Positions 36,052 through 43,853 of a stretch of DNA of 52,007 bases are shown one piece after another. The notes under the pieces were generated by a model. It worked only from the letters and a program-made list of their open reading frames with translations, did not search any database and was not told the origin of the DNA. Position 1 is the first letter of the stretch. Each line of letters starts with the position of its first letter. A program made the translations under genes and the position numbers. The stretch covers positions 25,604-77,610 of the forward strand of contig CAYNWD010000002.1 in NCBI GenBank assembly GCA_964400835.1, read 5' to 3'. This stretch comes from an uncultured Gammaproteobacteria bacterium. GTDB taxonomy: Bacteria; Patescibacteriota; Microgenomatia; UBA10105; UBA927.

Positions 36052-37515
36052 TTATTTTTCAGGACGAAGCGTAGGAAACGCTATTACCTCCTTAATATTT
36101 CTGGCATTGGTAAGAAACATGACGAGCCGGTCGATGCCAATTGCAATACCGCATGTGGGCGGAAAACCCTGTTCGATGGCTTCGAGATAGTCATAGTCAG
36201 TCTGGTGTGCTTCTTCAAATCCGGCCTTCTCCCGTTTCTTCTCCCCCCCGAACCGTTTCCATAAATCTATGGGGTCATTAAGCTCTGAATAATTGTTCCC
36301 AAGCTCGCTCCCGTTTGCAAACATCTCAAACCGCTGCGTAAACTTCGGATCATCGCATTTTTTGGCAAGAGGCGAAACCTCTATCGGATAATCGTAGATG
36401 ATCGTGGGCTGGATAAGTTTCTCTTCTACCGTTTCTTCAAAGGCAAAGGCAATACATTCTCCTATTGAACCGATTTTTTTGAGCTCCTTGAGCTTTTCCG
36501 GTTTTATGTCCATGGTTTCGACTGCGGATTTTGCCTCTTCGAGCGTTTTCCACTCCAGAGGATATACACCGGTGAATTTTTCGACGGCTTCCACTACTTT
36601 CATCCGGGACCAGGGACGTTTGAAATCCAATTCCGTTCCCTGGTAATTTACTTTCGTCGTACCCAACACTCGGTTTGCCGTGTATTCGATGATTTCCTCG
36701 ATGATGTCCATGCCGTACGAGTAATCCTGGTAGGCAATCTGTGCCTCAAACATCGTGAACTCGGGATTGTGGTCGAAATCAATGCCCTCGTTACGGAATA
36801 CTTTCGTAATTTCGAATACTTTTTCAAATCCGCCGATAATCAGACGTTTCAAATACATCTCGTCCGAAATCCGCAGATATAAATCGGCATCAAGTTCGTT
36901 GTGGTGGGTCGAAAACGGCCGGGCAAATCCTCCACCATATACCGGCTGGAGTGTCGGCGTTTCCACCTCGACCATGCCGTGATCGGTGAGAAAATCGCGG
37001 ATCGAATCGATAATTTTGCTCCGCAGCCCCAACCGCTGTTTGACTTCGGGATTGAGTATGATATCAAGGTACCGCTTGCGGTACCGCTCTTCCACGTCTT
37101 TAAGCCCGTGCCATGCATCGGGAAGTGGCCGGATCGTTTTGGTAAGTATCTGAAGATTTTCCGCAAATACGGATATTTCGCCTGCCTGGGTACTGCCCAC
37201 ATTCCCCTGGACGGCGACGATGTCACCGATATCAAAATACTGCACCAGACGGAATGCGTCGGGAGTCACAATATCGGCTTTGAGCACTACCTGAACTTTC
37301 CCGGACTCATCCGAAATATCCCAAAAAGACAATTTTCCGTGCCCCCGCATGGCAAGAATCCGTCCGACCACGGCAACCGTCCGGTCTGGCATATTCCGCG
37401 CCTGCTCGATGGTATGATCGCGCCGCACACTCGCAGGATACGGATCGACCCCAAACGATTTAATCGCTTCGAGCTTATCCAACCGGGCTTTTTTGAGAGC
37501 GTCTATTGTTGCCAT
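36052..37515 (-). CDS. lysS: Lysyl-tRNA synthetase, class II
   Basis: Trimmed to MATIDALKKARLDKLEAIK. OB-fold N-domain. Class II motifs (FRNEGID, GIGIDRLVM). Confidence 0.92.
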   Translation of the reverse strand: MATIDALKKARLDKLEAIKSFGVDPYPASVRRDHTIEQARNMPDRTVAVVGRILAMRGHGKLSFWDISDESGKVQVVLKADIVTPDAFRLVQYFDIGDIVAVQGNVGSTQAGEISVFAENLQILTKTIRPLPDAWHGLKDVEERYRKRYLDIILNPEVKQRLGLRSKIIDSIRDFLTDHGMVEVETPTLQPVYGGGFARPFSTHHNELDADLYLRISDEMYLKRLIIGGFEKVFEITKVFRNEGIDFDHNPEFTMFEAQIAYQDYSYGMDIIEEIIEYTANRVLGTTKVNYQGTELDFKRPWSRMKVVEAVEKFTGVYPLEWKTLEEAKSAVETMDIKPEKLKELKKIGSIGECIAFAFEETVEEKLIQPTIIYDYPIEVSPLAKKCDDPKFTQRFEMFANGSELGNNYSELNDPIDLWKRFGGEKKREKAGFEEAHQTDYDYLEAIEQGFPPTCGIAIGIDRLVMFLTNARNIKEVIAFPTLRPEK

Positions 37516-37559
37516 ATATTTTTTGCCTTCCCGTATTATCCTATATCCCCCATATCCGT

Positions 37560-38567
37560 TCAATGAGCCCCAAGAAAATCCCGTACGAACGTTGCAGCGG
37601 TCTTTCCCAAAACTGAAGTATTGTATCCGCCTTCCTGTACAAGAACCGTGGGTATGCCAAGGGCAGCAATTGCGCGGGCCATACGGGCAAAGTACGTGGT
37701 GGTTAATCGCAAGCCGCCGATGGGATCCGCCTCGTGAGCATCATACCCCAGGGACACAACCAAATATTCCGGGCGAAACCTGCGAATACGGGAAAGAGCA
37801 ACTACCAGAGCCCGATGATAGCTGCGATCCGACGTCCCAAGAGGAAGAGGAAAGTTTATATTAAAACCGCGGCCTTTGCCCTCTCCCTGTTCACTGGCGC
37901 GCCCGCTGAAGTATGGAAATTTCTCAGAAGGATCAGCATGAATATTTACAACAAACACATCACTGCGGCCATAGAATATGTGCTGCGTGCCGTTCCCGTG
38001 GTGCACATCCACATCAAGAACGGCCACGCGCCCCCGTGTGCTTAAGTATTCAGCGGCAATTGCTGCGTTGTTGAAATAACAATACCCTCCCATGCGCGAT
38101 GCTTCTGCGTGATGCCCCGGGGGACGGCAGAGCGCATATGCAACCCGCTCACCCCTGCGAACCAATGATGCAGCGGTGAGGGCAACCATGGCAGATCCGT
38201 GGGCGGCCGCATACGTAGTGTTATTTACCGGTGTATACATGTCAAACGTGTATTTTCCACGAAGACCAACGGTATTAGTAGTTTCCTGCCCTTCCCTAAA
38301 GGGAAAAACTGATGGATATACATAGGCACTCCCAGCTTCCCTTCCGGCAGTTGCAAGGTAATCTATGTACGCGCGGTCGTGCACGCGCTCAATCCACGAC
38401 CGGGGAAATCTCCTGGGCAGGATAAACCTGTTACCGGGCAATTCTTCAAGCGCCCTCTTGATGTTCTCAATCCGCTCCGGCACTTCAGCATGTGGATCTC
38501 TTTTGCCGTCAAAAATTTCGTTCGGCGGATGGTGGCGTACGTGGTGCGATGGATAAACGATAATCAT
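37560..38567 (-). CDS. Histone deacetylase-family enzyme (acetylpolyamine/acetyl-lysine amidohydrolase, AcuC-like)
   Basis: CRPPGHHA, DVDVHHGNGTQ and the GYD motif. 335 aa. Confidence 0.85.
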   Translation of the reverse strand: MIIVYPSHHVRHHPPNEIFDGKRDPHAEVPERIENIKRALEELPGNRFILPRRFPRSWIERVHDRAYIDYLATAGREAGSAYVYPSVFPFREGQETTNTVGLRGKYTFDMYTPVNNTTYAAAHGSAMVALTAASLVRRGERVAYALCRPPGHHAEASRMGGYCYFNNAAIAAEYLSTRGRVAVLDVDVHHGNGTQHIFYGRSDVFVVNIHADPSEKFPYFSGRASEQGEGKGRGFNINFPLPLGTSDRSYHRALVVALSRIRRFRPEYLVVSLGYDAHEADPIGGLRLTTTYFARMARAIAALGIPTVLVQEGGYNTSVLGKTAATFVRDFLGAH

Positions 38568-39631
38568 ATGCCTCCTTTCATCGCGTAACTGTAATGATTG
38601 GTCAGGATGGAAAACGGAAGATGCATGAAGGTGAAATCTCTCAGTCCGCGGGGCTCAAGTCCGTCGACGACTTCCACATTTTGAACCAGTATTTGTCTCG
38701 GTCCTCTCCCGCCTTCCCGATCAGGAACTTCCATATGTGTCGCCCACCCCACATGGTGCGCACCCGAACGGTAGTTCGTCTCCGCGACGATAAGCGGTGG
38801 CAACTCACTATCCTGCAAATCTCTCACGATCTGCTCATTGAGGTACGCGACCGCACCAGCCATGAGCCCCCGGCGCTCGTTACCCGGGCGCGTACGCCAC
38901 TCGGTGCTCTCAACGATCGGGATCGCTCTACCGTCCCCCAACGGTATGTCCAGCCGCTCTGCCATAGCTATGGAAAAAACAGTGTCGCCCGAGACCGCTG
39001 CGCTGAACCATTTCGTCCGCATCCCCAATCCTGTTTGCAAATTGCCCACCTGACCGGGCTCCCATCCAAACGTCTCAACCCATAATGCATCTATCTGAGG
39101 AATCATCCAATCCGCTATCCTGTCTGCAAAAACGATGCCATCGTGTCTAAGCCTACGGATTCTTTCCTGAGGTCCAATTGTACTGGTTGGCCGTTGGGAG
39201 GTGTGTGCGACCATCACCTGAATACCCTCTAAGGCCCGTCTGTCTGTGTGATTCATACCAAACATCACCAAGTGAGCCTGAATCTCCCCTTGCCAATTAA
39301 CAACGTGTGTACCGGCTTCCAGGTATTGATTCAGTTTCTCGTTTCCCAAAACCCCCTCATATACCTCCGGTGTCACCAGATATCGCCCGACGCAACGCGT
39401 CGCAAGACCCCTCCCAAGAGCATCTTGTGCGTACCTATGTTGACGGCCCAAAAAAGCCACATCGCCAACGAGTCCAAACCGCGCATTGAGATAAAGCCTG
39501 TCGTGTGAACGATGCTCCAATCCTAAACTGCCCGTACTTGTAAGAATTTCTTTCTCTGTCATAGGTTTTTCCATAACCCCGCTCGAAGCGGGATTGATGG
39601 TTAGTAAACTCGCTTCTCGGAATCTGCTCAT
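38564..39631 (-). CDS. Hypothetical protein (about 336-355 aa), translationally coupled to the HDAC-family gene; possible GNAT-like C-terminal half
   Basis: The stop overlaps the HDAC ATG (ATGA). No confident domain. The segment ESTEWRTRPGNERRGLMAGAVAYL is reminiscent of a GNAT acetyl-CoA loop. The start is ambiguous: 39631 lies inside a hairpin loop, and 39574 is an alternative. Confidence 0.45.
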   Translation of the reverse strand: MSRFREASLLTINPASSGVMEKPMTEKEILTSTGSLGLEHRSHDRLYLNARFGLVGDVAFLGRQHRYAQDALGRGLATRCVGRYLVTPEVYEGVLGNEKLNQYLEAGTHVVNWQGEIQAHLVMFGMNHTDRRALEGIQVMVAHTSQRPTSTIGPQERIRRLRHDGIVFADRIADWMIPQIDALWVETFGWEPGQVGNLQTGLGMRTKWFSAAVSGDTVFSIAMAERLDIPLGDGRAIPIVESTEWRTRPGNERRGLMAGAVAYLNEQIVRDLQDSELPPLIVAETNYRSGAHHVGWATHMEVPDREGGRGPRQILVQNVEVVDGLEPRGLRDFTFMHLPFSILTNHYSYAMKGGI

Positions 39632-39643
39632 AAACTAACCATC

Positions 39644-39667
39644 AAAAAACCCCTCTTGGTGAGGGGC
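39644..39667 (-). terminator. Intrinsic terminator inside the 5' leader of the 38564..39631 operon
   Basis: The minus strand reads GCCCCUC-ACCAA-GAGGGG followed by UUUUUU. It ends 13 nt before the ATG at 39631. Confidence 0.7.
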
Positions 39668-39697
39668 TTTGCTCGAAAATACAAAAAAACGTAACTT

Positions 39698-39778
39698 TTA
39701 CACGAGAAGGCCCCCCCTCATACGATGGGTTTGTTTCTTCTCCTTCTTGGCAATGGTTTGCACTACTGAGCTATTCAT
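39698..39778 (-). CDS. Candidate 26-aa leader peptide MNSSVVQTIAKKEKKQTHRMRGGLLV (Lys-codon cluster)
   Basis: My own translation. The ATG lies about 8 nt from the predicted TSS and has no SD. Codons 11-15 are AAG AAG GAG AAG AAA. The stop falls just after the G-rich antiterminator arm. Confidence 0.35.
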   Translation of the reverse strand: MNSSVVQTIAKKEKKQTHRMRGGLLV

Positions 39779-39792
39779 ACTACAAGTTCCCA

Positions 39793-39821
39793 TATATACA
39801 CGTATATTTCTGCCTTGTCAA
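39793..39821 (-). promoter_or_regulatory. Promoter TTGACA-17-TATATA
   Basis: The minus strand reads TTGACAAGGCAGAAATATACGTGTATATA, located right after the greA terminator. Confidence 0.7.
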
Positions 39822-39831
39822 TAGAACAATG

Positions 39832-39853
39832 AAAAAACCCGCCGGGTGGCGGG
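39832..39853 (-). terminator. Intrinsic terminator of greA
   Basis: The minus strand reads CCCGCC-ACCC-GGCGGG followed by UUUUUU, about 25 nt after the greA stop. Confidence 0.8.
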
Positions 39854-39878
39854 TTTTCCGGTCTTCGTAATGATTGCG

Positions 39879-40343
39879 TTATTCAATATGCAGAATTTTG
39901 TAAAGTATTTTGCCCGCCGGAGCCGCCACTTCCACTTTCTCCCCCACCTTTTTGCCCATGAGCGCCTTCCCCAGGGGGGATTCGTGAGAAATTTTCTTCT
40001 CCGCGGGATCTGCTTCCCATTCGCCGACCACGGTGAACACATCTTTTTTGCCGTTTATATGCAAGGTCACTTTGCAGCCCACGTCTACACTGCCTTTTTT
40101 GTGCGAGGTAATGATTTTTGCCGCATGCAAAATCTCCTCCAACTCCAGTATTCTGCCGTCTATGAACGAAAGATCCTGTTTGGCTGCCGCGTATTCGCTG
40201 TTTTCCGAAAGATCGCCCAGGTCGCGGGCGTCGGAAAGCCGCTTGACGACCGCCGGCCGTTTGGTAGCGGTCAGCTCTTCGTATTCGGATTTGAGCTCAT
40301 CCAAGCCCTGCTTGGTCATGAGTACTTTGTGGTTTGCATCCAT
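39879..40343 (-). CDS. greA: Transcription elongation factor GreA
   Basis: MTKQGLDELKSEYEEL...DLSENSEYAAAKQDL coiled-coil motif plus the C-terminal FKBP-like domain. Confidence 0.92.
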   Translation of the reverse strand: MDANHKVLMTKQGLDELKSEYEELTATKRPAVVKRLSDARDLGDLSENSEYAAAKQDLSFIDGRILELEEILHAAKIITSHKKGSVDVGCKVTLHINGKKDVFTVVGEWEADPAEKKISHESPLGKALMGKKVGEKVEVAAPAGKILYKILHIE

Positions 40344-40363
40344 GGTAATTCCCTTCGGGGCCT

Positions 40364-40398
40364 AAAAAAAACTCCCCGCAAGACGTTTTGTTCGGGAG
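40364..40398 (-). terminator. Terminator hairpin plus U8 inside the greA 5' leader (GraL-like attenuator)
   Basis: The minus strand reads CUCCCG-(14 nt)-CGGGGAG-UUUUUUUU. It lies between the predicted greA promoter and the ATG, with only about 20 nt left before the ATG. Confidence 0.6.
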
Positions 40399-40412
40399 CT
40401 TAGGCTGTATAT

Positions 40413-40441
40413 ATTGTACCCAACTTCCCTTGCCCTGTCAA
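40413..40441 (-). promoter_or_regulatory. greA promoter TTGACA-17-TACAAT
   Basis: The minus strand reads TTGACAGGGCAAGGGAAGTTGGGTACAAT. Its -35 abuts the -35 of the divergent tRNA-Glu promoter. Confidence 0.7.
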
Positions 40442-40458
40442 GGCCAAGCTGATAGAAT
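40430..40458 (+). promoter_or_regulatory. tRNA-Glu promoter TTGCCC-17-TAGAAT
   Basis: The -10 ends 9 nt before the first tRNA nucleotide. Confidence 0.6.
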
Positions 40459-41994
40459 CAAATCCGCGCCGCGTTCGTCTAGAGGCCCAGGACGACAGGT
40501 TCTCAACCTGTAAATCACCGGTTCGAATCCGGTACGCGGTACCAAAGTTGATTTTTGATCCAATGACTTCTGTATTAGAGCAAAAGGAAGGCCTAATTGC
40601 TCGGTTCCAATAAGTCCGTCCTTATAGACAATACCCTTTGGAAACAATAAGGCTTGGAACATCTGTTTGTGTCCAAAGGTTGCTTCTAACCAAATTGAGG
40701 CTACGTTATTAAATAGGCTCTCGGAAAAGGCAACTAAATAATCTATATCAGTCTCTTCAGTCCTTGCTTCTGATCGCTCAACTTCCTTGATAACAAGCTC
40801 TTCTTTAATAGCCTGATTCTGCTCTCTGTAATCGTCATCACTAATAATGCCCTCTAGATTTTTGCGAACCAGCTTTGTTTGTAGCTCTTTTAGCACAGCG
40901 ATATTTCCATCTATGCGTTTCACCGAATCAATAGCCTCGCTTTGTTTCTGCTTCCAAACGTCATATAGAACCTCTTGAAACAATCGTTGAAACTGCTTGT
41001 TTGGTTGAATTCTCTTTAAAGCATCAAAGAAAACTTGTTCAAACAGTTCTTTGGAGACTCTGGTTTTGCCACACAAGCAATGATAATACGCATATCGTTT
41101 ATTCCTTCCTCTAGATCGGCTAGCAGTTAAACCTTTACCACAGTGTTCACATTTAGCAATATTCTTCAAAGGAAAATCAGGATTATTTAATAATCTAGGA
41201 ACAGCAGTAAAAGATACGCCTTCTCGTATTTGTTGGACTTTGTAGAATAATTCTGGGCTTATGAGTTTTGAATGAAGGCCATCTATATCCACTCCCCAGT
41301 CTTTGACCGTAAGACGGCCAATGTAGAGCTTATTTTGAAGCATATTAGCGACCGCTTGAGTAGATATTCGGTTACCGTTTTTTGTTCTGACACCCCATGA
41401 GTTCAGCTTAGATGCTATATCTTTTAATCTATGACCCCCTTGAGCGTACACTTCAAATGCCTTTTTGATATACGGTGCTGTCTGTTTATCAATAACTAAA
41501 CCTGCCTTTGTATTCTTGTAACCCAAGGGAGCACCCCATGCCCATAACCCTTGGTTGACCCTTTCCTTTAATCCTTCTTTTGTTCGCTCCGCTCTAATAT
41601 CGTTATCTAGCTGTGCAACCGCTGCATAAATAGTCCCCATAAAATTGCCCTGGGAAGTATCGTCTATTGGCTCTGTAACGGATCTAAGAATAATATTATG
41701 CGCTATTAAGGTGGTCTTGATTGCAAGATAGTCTGCAGCTATACGAGAAACGCGATCAATTTTATGAACTAAAACAACGTCAGTTTCTTTTCTATGTTTA
41801 TTGCAAAATTCAAGAAGCTTAAGTAATTGTGTTCTGTTTGCGCTTTTCGCTGATTCTCCTTGCTCTTGAAAGACTCCAACAACTTCCCAGCCTTGTTTAT
41901 TGGCGTACTCTCTACAAATATTTTCCTGATAAGTTAAGCTATACCCTTCAACTTGTTCTTTTGTTGATACGCGGGTATAAATAACAACTTTCAT
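40438..41994 (-). CDS. Large serine recombinase (integrase); the last ~35 codons read antisense through tRNA-Glu
   Basis: MKVVIYTRVSTKEQ (catalytic Ser), recombinase domain, zinc ribbon CEHCGKGL...YYHCLC, coiled-coil region. The ORF continues past the compositional boundary at 40545. Confidence 0.85.
   Translation of the reverse strand: MKVVIYTRVSTKEQVEGYSLTYQENICREYANKQGWEVVGVFQEQGESAKSANRTQLLKLLEFCNKHRKETDVVLVHKIDRVSRIAADYLAIKTTLIAHNIILRSVTEPIDDTSQGNFMGTIYAAVAQLDNDIRAERTKEGLKERVNQGLWAWGAPLGYKNTKAGLVIDKQTAPYIKKAFEVYAQGGHRLKDIASKLNSWGVRTKNGNRISTQAVANMLQNKLYIGRLTVKDWGVDIDGLHSKLISPELFYKVQQIREGVSFTAVPRLLNNPDFPLKNIAKCEHCGKGLTASRSRGRNKRYAYYHCLCGKTRVSKELFEQVFFDALKRIQPNKQFQRLFQEVLYDVWKQKQSEAIDSVKRIDGNIAVLKELQTKLVRKNLEGIISDDDYREQNQAIKEELVIKEVERSEARTEETDIDYLVAFSESLFNNVASIWLEATFGHKQMFQALLFPKGIVYKDGLIGTEQLGLPFALIQKSLDQKSTLVPRTGFEPVIYRLRTCRPGPLDERGADLILSAWP
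40468..40544 (+). tRNA. tRNA-Glu (anticodon CUC), CCA encoded
   Basis: Folded by hand. Acceptor GCCGCGU/ACGCGGU; D arm GUCU-AGAGGCCCA-GGAC; anticodon stem ACAGG/CCUGU with loop UUCUCAA; T arm ACCGG-UUCGAAU-CCGGU; discriminator A; CCA. Confidence 0.92.
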
Positions 41995-42004
41995 GGGTTG
42001 AGGA

Positions 42005-42202
42005 TCACTTTTCATATTGGGTGTTCTTGGGTGGGGAGTCAATAACCCCAAGTTGTTTATTGGAACCTTTTGAGCCTACAACTGAAGATATTATTTCTGC
42101 TAAAGAGTAAAATTGAGCCAATAAATCTTGAACATCTCTGTCCGACATGCTCCTATACTCACCCCCTAATATTTTTCTTGCTTTGCTTACAGTAACCGCC
42201 AT
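42005..42202 (-). CDS. Small hypothetical protein (65 aa) upstream of the recombinase, possible directionality/DNA-binding factor
   Basis: Trimmed to MAVTVSKARKILGGEYRSMSDRDVQDLLAQF. Its own promoter lies upstream. Function is an inference from position only. Confidence 0.4.
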   Translation of the reverse strand: MAVTVSKARKILGGEYRSMSDRDVQDLLAQFYSLAEIISSVVGSKGSNKQLGVIDSPPKNTQYEK

Positions 42203-42296
42203 AAAAAAAGCACTACCTTTCCAGACCAATCCAGGTCAGGGAAAAGTAATGCCTCGCGGCACGGTGGCTCAATGCCCCTATTACTGTATGAAATCA

Positions 42297-42325
42297 ATAC
42301 TACCGCGTCATTTAAAAGTTGTCAA
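42297..42325 (-). promoter_or_regulatory. Promoter TTGACA-17-TAGTAT for the small ORF plus recombinase
   Basis: The minus strand reads TTGACAACTTTTAAATGACGCGGTAGTAT. Confidence 0.65.
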
Positions 42326-42346
42326 TTTTATAAAGGGGATATGCCT

Positions 42347-43210
42347 CTATTGGGTAACAAGTGGTTTATTTGATCTTGGTTTCTCTCCTTTTTTTAGTCC
42401 AGTGAGTGACGGAAATATGAGATAATCTTTTTTTAGAATTGAGCAGTATATTTCAAAAACACTGTCAAAAGATAAAAGTGTAAAGTATTGCGGACACTCC
42501 AAAGCTATAACCGCGTCTCCAAGTTTTAAGCATCTTGTTTTCATATCTGATCGTTTATAGTCAGCTTTTATTTCAGAAAAGATACTTAGGTGATTTTTAA
42601 AATCTCTATGAGTACCGTATTTACCGTTAACATTTTTATCCAAAAACATATCAAGAATAGCGCTCTGTTTTATCCAAAATTTCTCTTGACCACATTGACC
42701 AACACAACGAATATCTTCAGTGAACTTATGGAATCCATCTTCGGTGAATTCAAGGTCTACCTTGTTAGTTTTGAAACCAGAGTTGTTAGCCACATATCCA
42801 TCAATTATTTCTTCAAATAACCAGTAGAATTGCAAGATATAGCTGTAAACAATAGCAAGTGCCTTATCTTTGTTATCAATTGCCTCTTTGTTCTTAATAA
42901 GTTCGCTAAGAAATAACAGAATTTCTTTTAAATCTCTTGTAGAACGACTTACGTTACTAAACACATTAATTGCGTCAGAAAGTGATGCTTCTTCGCGTAA
43001 TATAAAATAGAAATTGATTAATGGAACAATGAGTGCCTCCTTAAACTCGCGAAAAATAAAAAGGGAAGAAAATTTCTTTGAATTAACTAAAATACTTTCT
43101 ATGAGCTGTTTCTGTGAAGGGTGACCCAGCAATCGCTTTATTTGAATTGAAGTCTCAAGATAATACTGGTCTTTAGGACTCGCTTCATGTGGTTTTCTTT
43201 TCTTCTTCAT
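42347..43210 (-). CDS. Island gene C: hypothetical 287-aa protein, possible split PIN-like nuclease fold
   Basis: N-terminal YYLETSIQIKRLLG and C-terminal LGDAVIALECPQYFTLLSFDSVF resemble the first and last acidic motifs of PIN domains, separated by a long insert. Weak, by eye only. Confidence 0.5.
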   Translation of the reverse strand: MKKKRKPHEASPKDQYYLETSIQIKRLLGHPSQKQLIESILVNSKKFSSLFIFREFKEALIVPLINFYFILREEASLSDAINVFSNVSRSTRDLKEILLFLSELIKNKEAIDNKDKALAIVYSYILQFYWLFEEIIDGYVANNSGFKTNKVDLEFTEDGFHKFTEDIRCVGQCGQEKFWIKQSAILDMFLDKNVNGKYGTHRDFKNHLSIFSEIKADYKRSDMKTRCLKLGDAVIALECPQYFTLLSFDSVFEIYCSILKKDYLIFPSLTGLKKGEKPRSNKPLVTQ

Positions 43211-43853
43211 AATGCTCTTCGTACGGAAATAAGTTTAATCCGGTTTTTTGAAGGCTGATCGTGGCGATTTTAACGTCTTTCAATTCAATGTCATTACTCA
43301 ATAGCAATGCAGTGACTGAAACCAACGCCTTCGCTTGTTGGACGTCTATATTACGCCATAAATTAAATCTCATTATTGAATCAACAGTGCTCACCAACAT
43401 TGAGAAATGTTCATCATTACCAGTATAATTCCAAATTTCATTAATTAAATCTTTAACTTTAGAATAATACATTGCGCTTTCTGGCTGGCCTAAATTAGTC
43501 GCGAATTTATTCAATTCCTCAAACATCGTCTGAAGAAGAGGTTGTCTTTTTATTTTCCTATATGCCAAAGATTGGCGTACATCGGCTGGCTGCGCAGTTG
43601 CTGGTTCGTCAATTTGCATCTGACTTGCCAGGGTTTGTGGTTTTTCCGTTTTAATAACAACTGGCTCACTATAAGTGCCTATTGGCATCCATTCTGCAGA
43701 TGAGATTTTCGGGGTTTCCTCTTGGTGTAAAGGGTATACATTATCACCAAACACAATTGAAGTTCTTGAGTGACCTGAATATTCAGCTACTTTTAACGAA
43801 GCCGCATAAGTAAAGTCTTGATTTAAGTGGTAATGAATTGGTACGGTGCTCAT
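43185..43853 (-). CDS. Island gene B: hypothetical 222-aa protein, no recognisable domain
   Basis: ATGA overlap with gene A and a 26-nt overlap with gene C. N-terminal beta-like part, low-complexity linker, helical C-terminal half. Confidence 0.5.
   Translation of the reverse strand: MSTVPIHYHLNQDFTYAASLKVAEYSGHSRTSIVFGDNVYPLHQEETPKISSAEWMPIGTYSEPVVIKTEKPQTLASQMQIDEPATAQPADVRQSLAYRKIKRQPLLQTMFEELNKFATNLGQPESAMYYSKVKDLINEIWNYTGNDEHFSMLVSTVDSIMRFNLWRNIDVQQAKALVSVTALLLSNDIELKDVKIATISLQKTGLNLFPYEEHYEEEKKTT

Noticed and set aside
39644-39786. Possibility that the lysS-operon leader is a known lysine (L-box) riboswitch or a T-box.
   Set aside because: It is too short. It lacks the multi-helix L-box junction motifs. 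It has no UGGNACC antiterminator bulge. It is treated instead as a candidate peptide-mediated attenuator.
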